DNA of 64,000 nt from Candidatus Omnitrophota bacterium (lineage in GTDB: Bacteria > Omnitrophota > Gorgyraeia > Gygaellales > Profunditerraquicolaceae). The position numbers and the translations under genes are program-made. Of this stretch, positions 26,312 through 34,808 are shown in pieces. The notes beneath the pieces are model-generated. The model worked only from the letters and a program-made list of their open reading frames with translations, had not been told where the DNA came from and did not search any database. The stretch covers positions 32,048-96,047 of the forward strand of contig JBDRLC010000064.1 of assembly GCA_043813305.1 (NCBI GenBank), written 5' to 3'. Within the stretch, counting starts at the first letter, position 1, and every line of letters starts with the position of its first letter.

Positions 26312-28275
26312 TGAAGAAATTTAGAGATTGGAAGATAAAATATAAGCTTTTTTCAGGATTCGTTTTAATAACAGCATCTTTGGTAGCAGTAGGTTTATAT
26401 ACTATTTTTTCTGCGAGTATTATTAAGTCTAAAGCACGGGAAATAGAGAGATTAGACTTTTCTGCCGTATATTTAACTACCGAGATGAAAGAAACATTCC
26501 TTACATTAGAAAATAGCCAAGCTGATATTTTTCTAACATCCAGAAAGGAAGCTTTAGAAACCAGCAGTATTCATCAAGAGAAGTTTTATATTCTTGTTTC
26601 AGAATTCAGGCAATTAGCAAAGGATGATCTAGTTATAATTAATGAATTAGATATCTTGAAAGCTAAATTTGACAATTATGTTTCGGAATGGGAAAAATTT
26701 ATAGAATTTTTTATAGATAATTCCCCTCAGGCTGGCAGAGAAGAATATAAAAAAATACATATTTTAGGTTTAGGGGTGGTTAATGAAATAGATATTTTTC
26801 AAGAGGAATATATCTCCCGCCTATCGGAATCATTGGGGAGCATAGACAGTGGCGCTAGATATACCCAGAGGATTAATATTATTTTGTTGATAGCCAGCAC
26901 TATTTTAGCAGTTATACTTTCAGTATTCCTTACAAGAAGAATTGTCGGACCTCTGACGCGGTTAATGCAAGCAACAAAGAAAGTTTCCCAGGGCGACTTT
27001 GCATATTCTAGTTATTTAATAAAAGATACAAAAGATGAGTTGGGCGACTTAACGCAATCCTTCGCTGAAATGGGGAAGCAATTAATTATTCAAATGAACC
27101 AACTGAGGGAGGCGGCAGATGAGTGGGAAAACACCTTTAATTCTATAACCGATTCAATATCAATTCAAAATAAAGCTTGCAAGCTCACGAAGGTCAATAG
27201 AGCGTTTAGCGACCTTTTTCATTTAAAACCAAAAGATATTATTGGTAGGAATTGCTATGAATTGGTTCATGGGATAAGTAAACCCCATGATCTTTGTCTT
27301 CATAAACGGGCAATAGAAACTAAACAGCCAGCCAGCAGGGAGTTTTTCGAGCCACATTTGGGAATTTATATAGAAGTAAGCGTGTCGCCAATATTCGATA
27401 AAGATAATGAAGTTAATGGTTCCATACATTTTATTAAAGATATAACTGTACGTAAAAAGGCAGAAGAGAATTTAGAGTACGCATATAAAAAACTTAAGGA
27501 TGCCCAGGAAAAGCTTATCGAGGCAACAAAGCTTGAGACGGTAGGGAAGCTTGCTAGCGGTGTAGCTCACGAGGTTAAGAATCCCCTAGCAATAATTCTT
27601 ATGGGGGTAGAATTCCTCTCTAAAAAAATTAGTCCTGATGAAAATGAGCTTAGCATTGTCGTGGAAGAAATGAGGGATGCGGTGCAACATGCCGATGATA
27701 TAGTGAAGGGGCTTCTTGATTTTTCTCGAGTCACAAAGTTAGGGCTATCGCCGATTGATTTTAATTCTGTATTAGATAAATCAATAACATTAGTGAAACA
27801 CATATGTGATAGCAATCGAGTTAAAATAGTCAAAAATTATACAGAAGGTCTTCCGCAAGTTGAGATAGATAGAGGTAAGATTGAGCAAGTGTTTATAAAT
27901 ATTTTAGTGAATGCTACTCATGCTATGCCTAATGGAGGAAGCATTACAATAAAGACCTATCAAAAAAAACTAACTGAAGCTGGTGGCGCGGTCGGTCGGA
28001 GAAGCGAGGATAAATTTCAGTTAGGGGAAGAGGTGGTTATTGTTGAGATCGAAGATACAGGTGCAGGTATTCCGCTAGAACTTTTAAATAAGATATTTGA
28101 TCCCTTCTTTACTACGAAACGCGAAAAAGGCGGAACAGGATTGGGGTTATGCGTGGCAAAGAATATAATCGATATGCATAAGGGGCATATTAAAATAGAA
28201 AACAAAGAGCAAGGACATGGAGTAAAAGTCACTATAATCTTTAAGATAAAAAAGGAGGGTCAGCTTGGAGGCTAA
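26311..28275 (+). CDS. Sensor histidine kinase (periplasmic helical sensor, HAMP, PAS, HisKA, HATPase)
   Basis: 654 aa. Domain order: TM, about 170 aa helical region, TM (INIILLIASTILAVILSVFL), HAMP, PAS. H-box SGVAHEVKNPL, N box NILVNATHAM, G boxes EDTGAGI and GGTGLGL. The start overlaps the upstream stop (TAATG). Confidence 0.9.
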   Translation: MKKFRDWKIKYKLFSGFVLITASLVAVGLYTIFSASIIKSKAREIERLDFSAVYLTTEMKETFLTLENSQADIFLTSRKEALETSSIHQEKFYILVSEFRQLAKDDLVIINELDILKAKFDNYVSEWEKFIEFFIDNSPQAGREEYKKIHILGLGVVNEIDIFQEEYISRLSESLGSIDSGARYTQRINIILLIASTILAVILSVFLTRRIVGPLTRLMQATKKVSQGDFAYSSYLIKDTKDELGDLTQSFAEMGKQLIIQMNQLREAADEWENTFNSITDSISIQNKACKLTKVNRAFSDLFHLKPKDIIGRNCYELVHGISKPHDLCLHKRAIETKQPASREFFEPHLGIYIEVSVSPIFDKDNEVNGSIHFIKDITVRKKAEENLEYAYKKLKDAQEKLIEATKLETVGKLASGVAHEVKNPLAIILMGVEFLSKKISPDENELSIVVEEMRDAVQHADDIVKGLLDFSRVTKLGLSPIDFNSVLDKSITLVKHICDSNRVKIVKNYTEGLPQVEIDRGKIEQVFINILVNATHAMPNGGSITIKTYQKKLTEAGGAVGRRSEDKFQLGEEVVIVEIEDTGAGIPLELLNKIFDPFFTTKREKGGTGLGLCVAKNIIDMHKGHIKIENKEQGHGVKVTIIFKIKKEGQLGG

Positions 28276-28657
28276 TGCAGAGAAGAAGAAAATATTAATT
28301 ATTGATGATGAAATAAGCTTTACCAATATGGTTAAAAGAAACCTTGAGGCCACGGGTAAGTACGAGGTCGCAATTGAGAATGAGGGTAAAAATGCCCTTT
28401 TAGCAATTAGAAAACATAATCCGGACATTATACTGCTTGATAATGTAATTCCAGATTTAGGTGGGGCTAATATATTTGGAATGCTAAGAAGTGATATTAT
28501 GATTTGGAATACCCCGGTTTTATTTTTAACCGCATCCTCAAAGGAAGAAGTGGAGGCTAGAATAGGAGGTTTTATTCTTCATCCTGTTATTTTAAATAAA
28601 CCAATCAACATGAAAGATCTTATTAAGCATATTGAGGAAAATTTAAAGAGGTCTTAA
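28265..28657 (+). CDS. Stand-alone response-regulator receiver domain
   Basis: 130 aa with ILIIDDE, IILLDNVIPDLGG, LFLTAS and LNKP. Overlaps the kinase gene by 11 nt. Confidence 0.85.
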   Translation: MEANAEKKKILIIDDEISFTNMVKRNLEATGKYEVAIENEGKNALLAIRKHNPDIILLDNVIPDLGGANIFGMLRSDIMIWNTPVLFLTASSKEEVEARIGGFILHPVILNKPINMKDLIKHIEENLKRS

Positions 28658-28812
28658 TAATCTGTCCTGAAAGGGATATTTAGGGGAGCTCTGATTTAGC
28701 TGAGTTTAAATTTAGTTCGCAAAAGTAGGTAATATCCGTAGCAATTTGGGCGGGTTTTATTTTTTGACAGCGGATTTAGTGGTATAATTATTTATCTTTT
28801 GGGAAGATAAAA

Positions 28813-29196
28813 ATGAAAGATAAGGATATGGAAAAAAGAAAATTCAGAAGGACAAAAGCCAACTTTACAATAATCTATGATGTATATAAGCCGCTCTCTG
28901 CTAGTATGAGTATCGGAGGCAGGCAGGTCGATGCGCTGATGTTGGATTTAGGCAAAGCCGGCATGGCGATCTCCTCGAATTATGCTATGCCTGTTTCTAC
29001 GGTTTTGAATATGAAATTTACCCTGATCAATCGCCGCTCAGAACAGGAGAACCGTGTAATCTCTATGCAGCTATTGGGTGAAGTGTGCTCATGTACTTTA
29101 CAGGAAAACGGTGAGTACCGTCTGGGTATACGTTTTGTGCGCATAACTGAAGAAAACAAGAAAGCAATAGAGGAGTTTGTAGAAAAAATTTCATGA
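28813..29196 (+). CDS. PilZ-domain protein (variant c-di-GMP motif)
   Basis: 127 aa (alternative start at 28828). RxxxR present as RKFRR, but the second motif reads DLGKAG instead of D/NxSxxG. An extended -10 TGGTATAAT lies at 28780-28788. Confidence 0.7.
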   Translation: MKDKDMEKRKFRRTKANFTIIYDVYKPLSASMSIGGRQVDALMLDLGKAGMAISSNYAMPVSTVLNMKFTLINRRSEQENRVISMQLLGEVCSCTLQENGEYRLGIRFVRITEENKKAIEEFVEKIS

Positions 29197-29219
29197 TCAT
29201 GTAAGTAGCGGAGGTAAAT

Positions 29220-29630
29220 ATGGGAAATCCAGGTAGCGAGAGAAGAAAATCTAAGAGGACAAAAGCCAACTTTACTATTATTTATGATGTGCATAAATCA
29301 GTCTCTATGGACGTGAGCCTGGCAGGCCAGGAGGTTGATGCATTGATGATGGATTTAGGTAAGGAAGGCTTAGCAATCACTACTAATTACGAGATACCTA
29401 TCGCAAGTATCTTGAATATGAAGTTCACCCTGATTAATCGCAGAGCTCAAGATAAGAATAATAAGAGCAGGTCTATCTATATAATGGGTGAGGTGCGCTC
29501 CAGTATCAGATTGGAGAACGGCGAATATCGTTTAGGGATTCATTTTATCCAGCTAAAAGATGAAGACGCAAAAGCCATAGATAATTTCGTGGAAGCTATG
29601 TCTAGCCCGCCTAAGAATGATGAAGGATAA
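29220..29630 (+). CDS. PilZ-domain protein, tandem paralog
   Basis: 136 aa with RKSKR and DLGKEG. About half of its residues are identical to the upstream paralog by eye (KANFTIIYDV, ALM.DLGK.G.AI, ILNMKFTLINRR, ENGEYRLGI.F). Confidence 0.7.
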   Translation: MGNPGSERRKSKRTKANFTIIYDVHKSVSMDVSLAGQEVDALMMDLGKEGLAITTNYEIPIASILNMKFTLINRRAQDKNNKSRSIYIMGEVRSSIRLENGEYRLGIHFIQLKDEDAKAIDNFVEAMSSPPKNDEG

Positions 29631-32337
29631 GCTCTGGGAATTCAGTGATAAATCAGGAAGTTTTAAGTCTGGTTCGGCAAACAAAATAAAAAATCTTTAT
29701 TTCCCGCTCGCCAATAGAAGCCTGATGTCTTCGGTCTCTCCTGATTTACACGGAGATATTAAGGCTAATCAGAATTCCTTTCTGCTTACTCCGGTTTCCC
29801 GCCAGGATTTAACAGACCTAAAGGCATCAAGAAATTTCTGGATCTATATAAACAAGGATAAGGTCTGGTCGGCTACCGGGGTATCCAAAGATGCAAGTAA
29901 TACTAAGAAAGATAAATATAATCTTGAAGCAGGGCTGCTTTGGCATAAGATAAGCAGGGAAAATAAGGATATAGGTTTGCGTGCAGAGATTCTTTCTTTC
30001 GTGCCAAAGCAGGAACCGATTGAGATAATGCTACTTAAAATTACCAATATTTCATCAAGGAAGATAAAGTTTGTTCCTACGGCAGCCATACCCATATATG
30101 GCCGGGGGGCAAATAATCTACGCGATCACCGTCAGGTTACCTCATTACTACAACGTATAACGCTTGATAAGTTCGGGATTATAGTGCAGCCGACATTACT
30201 CTTTGATGAAAACGGACACAGGCCTAATAAAACTATGTATTTTACTTTGGGCTGGGATGAAAGATTCACTGCGCCGCAATATCTTTATCCGACACAGGAG
30301 ATGTTTTGTGGTGAGGGAGGGGATTTAGAGGCACCGATTAGCGTACTTAATAATCTGCTCCCGCAAAATAAACATATTCAGGGTAAGGAAACAATGGGTG
30401 CTTTACGTTTTCGCAGTAAAGTTCTGGCTCCGAGAAAATCCTGGAGTTATATAATTGTGATGGGTATTAGCGAAGATAAAGCCGAGATAAAAGAGATTAT
30501 CAATAAGCTTAAAACTTTAGATAAAGTTCAAAAGTCATTCCAGGATACATCTAATCATTGGCTTAAGGGTATTCAGAGAATAAAGCTTTCGACCGGTGAT
30601 TATGAATTTGACAATTGGTTCCGTTGGGTTTCGATTCAGCCGAGATTAAGAGAGATCTTTGGATGTTCTTTCCTGCCTGATTTTGATTATGGAAGAGGGG
30701 GCCGGGGTTGGCGGGATCTCTGGCAGGATTGTTTAGGGTTAATTTTAAATAATCCTCAAGAAGTACGCAGTACCTTGATCAATAACTTTTCCGGAGTGAG
30801 AATCGATGGATCTAATGCTACGCTTATCGGTAAGAGCAAGAGTGAGTTTACCCCGTTAGAGACTAAAGGGAAACGACAGAAAGCTAAGATGTCTCTAACG
30901 GGGTTTAAATCCGACCGAAACAACATCAGCCGCGTCTGGATGGACCATGGCACCTGGCCTTTATTGACTTTAGATCTTTACCTTAATGAGACTGGGGATT
31001 TCAACATTTTATTTAAGCAGACCTCATATTTCCGTAACCATGAAGTCTGCCGGACGCGTGCAATTGATTTTAATTGGGAGCATGCTTACGGTAAGAAACT
31101 CAAGACGAAATCAGGTAAGATTTATCAAGGGACAATCTTAGAACATCTTCTGGTTGAAAACCTGGTGCAGTTTTTTAATGTAGGGGATCATAATTATATC
31201 CGGCTTGAAGGCGGGGATTGGAATGACGGCCTGGATATGGCGGAGGAGTTTGGCGAGAGCGTTGCTTTTACTGCTATGTATGCCAATAATTTGGGAGTTC
31301 TCTCTGGTTTATTATTAAAGACAGGTAAGAAAAAAATCATGATCGGCGGCGAAATAAAGCTATTACTTGCGAAGATAGATTACGGCGATATTAAGGGAAA
31401 AGAGAGAATTTTGCATAATTATTTTGAGAGGACTAAATCCGAGGTATCCGGCAAGAAGGTAAGTATAGACGTATTGGCGCTTGCATCTGATTTAAAGAGT
31501 AAATCCGACTTGATCATTGAGCATATTCGCAAGAAAGAATGGCTGAGATCAGGATTCTTTAACGGTTATTACGATAATAAAAAACAGCGTGTTGAAGGAT
31601 TCAGGCTTGGTAGATTGAGGATGATGCTCTCTTCACAGGTATTTTTGATTACTGGCGGCGTAGCCAACGATCTGCAGGTAAAACAGATTATAAAAAGTGT
31701 AGATAAATATCTCTATAACAGAAATCTAAAAGGTTATCAGCTTAATACTGATTTTAAGCAGGAGCAACATGATCTTGGCCGGGCCTTCTCCTATATATAC
31801 GGAGACAAGGAGAACGGCGCGTTCTTTAACCATATGATTGTGATGTATGCCTATGCTTTATATAAGCGCAATTTTATTAAGCAGGGTTGGAGAGTTCTAA
31901 GTTCAATATATAAGATGGCACTTAATACGCCGCAGAGCAAGATATATCCCTGCCTTCCGGAATATTTTAACCTTCAGGGCCAGGGTATGTATTCGTACCT
32001 TACCGGCTCTGCGAGTTGGTTTGTTTTGACTATGTTAAACGGAGTCTTTGGCGTGAGGGGGGAAGACGGCAATCTATTAGTTGAGCCGAAGATATCTTTC
32101 GAACAGTTTAAAGGTACTTCAATCATCAGCATAGAAAGGGTATTTACCGCAAGAAAGTTCCGGATAAATTTTTCAAAATCAAGAAGATCCAAAAATAAAG
32201 AATATAAAATTATCAAAGCCAGCCTTAATTCTCAAAATTTACCTTTAGTGCAGGATAAGCGGATTGTGATTAGCCGTAATAGAATAATGAAATTGCCAAG
32301 AGATAAAATACATACCCTGGAGGTTGTTTTAGGGTGA
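29617..32337 (+). CDS. GH94-like glycoside phosphorylase/hydrolase, (alpha/alpha)6-barrel enzyme of the cellobiose/chitobiose/beta-glucan phosphorylase type
   Basis: 906 aa. GRGGRGWRDLWQDC (the RDxxQD motif) and GGDWNDGLD (catalytic Asp motif GDWND) as in GH94 enzymes. Overlaps the PilZ gene by 14 nt. Confidence 0.55.
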   Translation: MMKDKLWEFSDKSGSFKSGSANKIKNLYFPLANRSLMSSVSPDLHGDIKANQNSFLLTPVSRQDLTDLKASRNFWIYINKDKVWSATGVSKDASNTKKDKYNLEAGLLWHKISRENKDIGLRAEILSFVPKQEPIEIMLLKITNISSRKIKFVPTAAIPIYGRGANNLRDHRQVTSLLQRITLDKFGIIVQPTLLFDENGHRPNKTMYFTLGWDERFTAPQYLYPTQEMFCGEGGDLEAPISVLNNLLPQNKHIQGKETMGALRFRSKVLAPRKSWSYIIVMGISEDKAEIKEIINKLKTLDKVQKSFQDTSNHWLKGIQRIKLSTGDYEFDNWFRWVSIQPRLREIFGCSFLPDFDYGRGGRGWRDLWQDCLGLILNNPQEVRSTLINNFSGVRIDGSNATLIGKSKSEFTPLETKGKRQKAKMSLTGFKSDRNNISRVWMDHGTWPLLTLDLYLNETGDFNILFKQTSYFRNHEVCRTRAIDFNWEHAYGKKLKTKSGKIYQGTILEHLLVENLVQFFNVGDHNYIRLEGGDWNDGLDMAEEFGESVAFTAMYANNLGVLSGLLLKTGKKKIMIGGEIKLLLAKIDYGDIKGKERILHNYFERTKSEVSGKKVSIDVLALASDLKSKSDLIIEHIRKKEWLRSGFFNGYYDNKKQRVEGFRLGRLRMMLSSQVFLITGGVANDLQVKQIIKSVDKYLYNRNLKGYQLNTDFKQEQHDLGRAFSYIYGDKENGAFFNHMIVMYAYALYKRNFIKQGWRVLSSIYKMALNTPQSKIYPCLPEYFNLQGQGMYSYLTGSASWFVLTMLNGVFGVRGEDGNLLVEPKISFEQFKGTSIISIERVFTARKFRINFSKSRRSKNKEYKIIKASLNSQNLPLVQDKRIVISRNRIMKLPRDKIHTLEVVLG

Positions 32338-32350
32338 GGAGGAAGTAGCT

Positions 32351-33340
32351 ATGGTAAGAGACAAAGCCCCTGCTAATAAAGAATTAAATTTAGTCTTACA
32401 GGAATTAAAGGAGAATCCCTTTGAGAAGTTCCATCTGGCGTTTTGCCTGATGAGCCTGATACCTTTTCTTGTATTTTTCTATCTTTTGGCCGCCAGGTTA
32501 TTTTCGTTTGATATACTCCTTGGTGATATTGGCCTGGTGTTATTCTTAACTATTTTTATCTCTGTATGCGGATTTTTCATCGGTTACGGTATTATCCGTA
32601 ACGTGATGCTGAGGATCGTATTTTATGCTGCGAAAGCAAAGCAGAGCGATCAGTTAAAATCTATCTTTGTCGCCAATGTATCCCATGAGCTTAAGAGCCC
32701 GCTGACAATAATGAAAATAAATCTTTCGAATTTCCTCGATGGCCTAATCGGTAAGATTACCCAGGAACAGGAGAAAGCAATTAAACTTTGCGACGGTATA
32801 ATCGAACGCATGAAGCGAATGATCAATGATCTGCTGGATCTGCATAAGCTCGAAGCAGGGATGGTGGGCTTTAATAGAAAGCAATTTAAACTCGATGATC
32901 TTCTGCAGAGAGAAACGAACGAGTTCCAGCCGATGGTGAATAAAAAACGGATTAAATTAACCAAAGATATCGCAGTCAATAATCTATCTATATGGGCGGA
33001 TGAGGATAAGATTATGCAGGTAGTAAACAATCTTTTAAGCAATGCGGTAAAATATACCCCTGAAAAAGGACAAGTTCAACTGAAGGCTTATGCTGTTGAC
33101 GGTTATGTCAGGGTAGAAGTACTTGATACCGCCGAAGGCATCCCGGATAACAAGCTCAAGAAGATATTCGACAAATTCGAGAGAATTAATCTCACCCAGG
33201 AGGGAACAGGCCTGGGTTTAGCTATTACTAAAGACATAGTGGAGTTGCACAAGGGTAGCATCTGGGCAGAAAGGCAGCCTGATCAGGGCAATAAATTTGT
33301 GGTGATTTTACCCCGCGACTTCCGCACTACCCCCCGTTAG
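32351..33340 (+). CDS. Membrane histidine kinase without an obvious sensor domain
   Basis: 329 aa with two TM helices joined by a short loop. H-box VSHELKSPLT, N box NLLSNAVKYT, GTGLGL. Confidence 0.85.
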   Translation: MVRDKAPANKELNLVLQELKENPFEKFHLAFCLMSLIPFLVFFYLLAARLFSFDILLGDIGLVLFLTIFISVCGFFIGYGIIRNVMLRIVFYAAKAKQSDQLKSIFVANVSHELKSPLTIMKINLSNFLDGLIGKITQEQEKAIKLCDGIIERMKRMINDLLDLHKLEAGMVGFNRKQFKLDDLLQRETNEFQPMVNKKRIKLTKDIAVNNLSIWADEDKIMQVVNNLLSNAVKYTPEKGQVQLKAYAVDGYVRVEVLDTAEGIPDNKLKKIFDKFERINLTQEGTGLGLAITKDIVELHKGSIWAERQPDQGNKFVVILPRDFRTTPR

Positions 33341-33358
33341 CCCTTTCCTATTTTTAGG

Positions 33359-33386
33359 TTGCAAAGAGTCGGATTTATGATATACT
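33359..33386 (+). promoter_or_regulatory. Candidate promoter of purB
   Basis: TTGCAA (33359-64), 16-nt spacer, TGATATACT extended -10 (TATACT at 33381-86). Confidence 0.4.
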
Positions 33387-33416
33387 GTTATTCCTCGTAA
33401 GATCAAAGGAGCTTGT

Positions 33417-34709
33417 ATGATAGCGCGTTATACCCTACCTAAAATGGCCGGTGTCTGGCAGGAGGAATTTAAGTTTAAGACCATGCTGGCCATAGAGATA
33501 CTCGTCTTAGAAGCACTCGCCAAACAAAAGAAACTTCCCCAAGATGCAGTTCGGAGAATCAAGAAGAAAGCAAGATTCAATATCAAAGAGATCAATAAAA
33601 TAGAAATAAAGACACAACATGATGTGGTAGCATTTGTCAATAACGTGGCACAAAATATTGGGAGAGATGCTAAATATCTGCATAAGGGTATCACTTCTTC
33701 CGATATTTTAGATACTACCCTTGGCGTGCAGTTGCAAGCAGCTTCGGGTATTTTGATCGAGGATGCTGAGAAACTGATTAGAGCGCTCTCTAAAAAAGCC
33801 AAAAGATACAAGGAGATGGTTTGTATCGGGCGCACCCACGGGGTACATGCCGAACCAACAACATTCGGCCTTAAGCTTGCATTGTGGTTTGATGAGATGA
33901 GGCGCAACTTAGTAAGATTAGAGCAGGCAAAAGAGGCAGTATCGCAGGGTAAGATATCCGGAGCAGTAGGGACTTTTGCCAATATTAATCCCGAGGTAGA
34001 AACTTATGTCTGTAAAAAACTTAATTTAAAGCCTGCCAAGATTTCTACGCAGATTATACAACGGGATGTATACGCCCAATATCTATGTGCCCTTGCGATT
34101 GTCGGCGCAAGCTTGGAAAAATTCGCTACAGAGATCAGGCACCTCCAGAGGACTGAAGTCTTAGAGGCAGAAGAGCCGTTTGGCAAAGGGCAGAAAGGTT
34201 CTTCGGCAATGCCGCATAAGAGGAATCCGGTGATCTGCGAGAGAATTTGCGGCCTAAGCCGGATATTACGCGCTAACGCCCTGGTGGCTATGGAGAATGT
34301 GACTTTATGGCATGAACGCGATATAAGCCATTCTTCAGCCGAGAGAGTGATTATGCCTGATTCGACGATCCTCCTGGATTATATGTTGAATAAATTTATC
34401 GAAGTGATCGACGGGCTTAACGTATATCCTGCTAATATGTTAACTAACCTAGTACGTACCCGCGGCCTGATTTTCTCCCAGAGGGTCCTGATTGAGTTGA
34501 TGAATAAGGGGCTCACCCGCACAAAGGCTTACGATGTAGTACAGCGTTGTGCGATGAAAACTTGGAGGCAAGGCTCTGATTTCAAGGCGAATATCTCTCA
34601 GGATAAAGTAGCATCGCAGCATCTGAAAGGTAAGGATTTAGACAAGATATTTGATTTGGATTATTATCTGCGAAACGTAAATAAGATTTTTTCCCGTCTT
34701 TTCCGATAA
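33417..34709 (+). CDS. purB: Adenylosuccinate lyase
   Basis: 430 aa with the fumarate-lyase signature GSSAMPHKRNP and TSSDILDT. Confidence 0.95.
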   Translation: MIARYTLPKMAGVWQEEFKFKTMLAIEILVLEALAKQKKLPQDAVRRIKKKARFNIKEINKIEIKTQHDVVAFVNNVAQNIGRDAKYLHKGITSSDILDTTLGVQLQAASGILIEDAEKLIRALSKKAKRYKEMVCIGRTHGVHAEPTTFGLKLALWFDEMRRNLVRLEQAKEAVSQGKISGAVGTFANINPEVETYVCKKLNLKPAKISTQIIQRDVYAQYLCALAIVGASLEKFATEIRHLQRTEVLEAEEPFGKGQKGSSAMPHKRNPVICERICGLSRILRANALVAMENVTLWHERDISHSSAERVIMPDSTILLDYMLNKFIEVIDGLNVYPANMLTNLVRTRGLIFSQRVLIELMNKGLTRTKAYDVVQRCAMKTWRQGSDFKANISQDKVASQHLKGKDLDKIFDLDYYLRNVNKIFSRLFR

Positions 34710-34808
34710 TAGTGAGAAACGGAATCCCGCCGGAAATTGAATTATCGCGCGGGGAGAAGGCTCGGTTTATAAAAGTAACCTACCTCAAACCCCAAAGAGT
34801 TATTTTTA

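Noticed and set aside
34710-34808. Purine or ZTP riboswitch upstream of purL, and likewise upstream of purB at 33341-33416
   Set aside because: I found no match to the purine aptamer junction or to the ZTP CCGCCUGGGC-type motif. The spacers look like ordinary promoter and SD regions.
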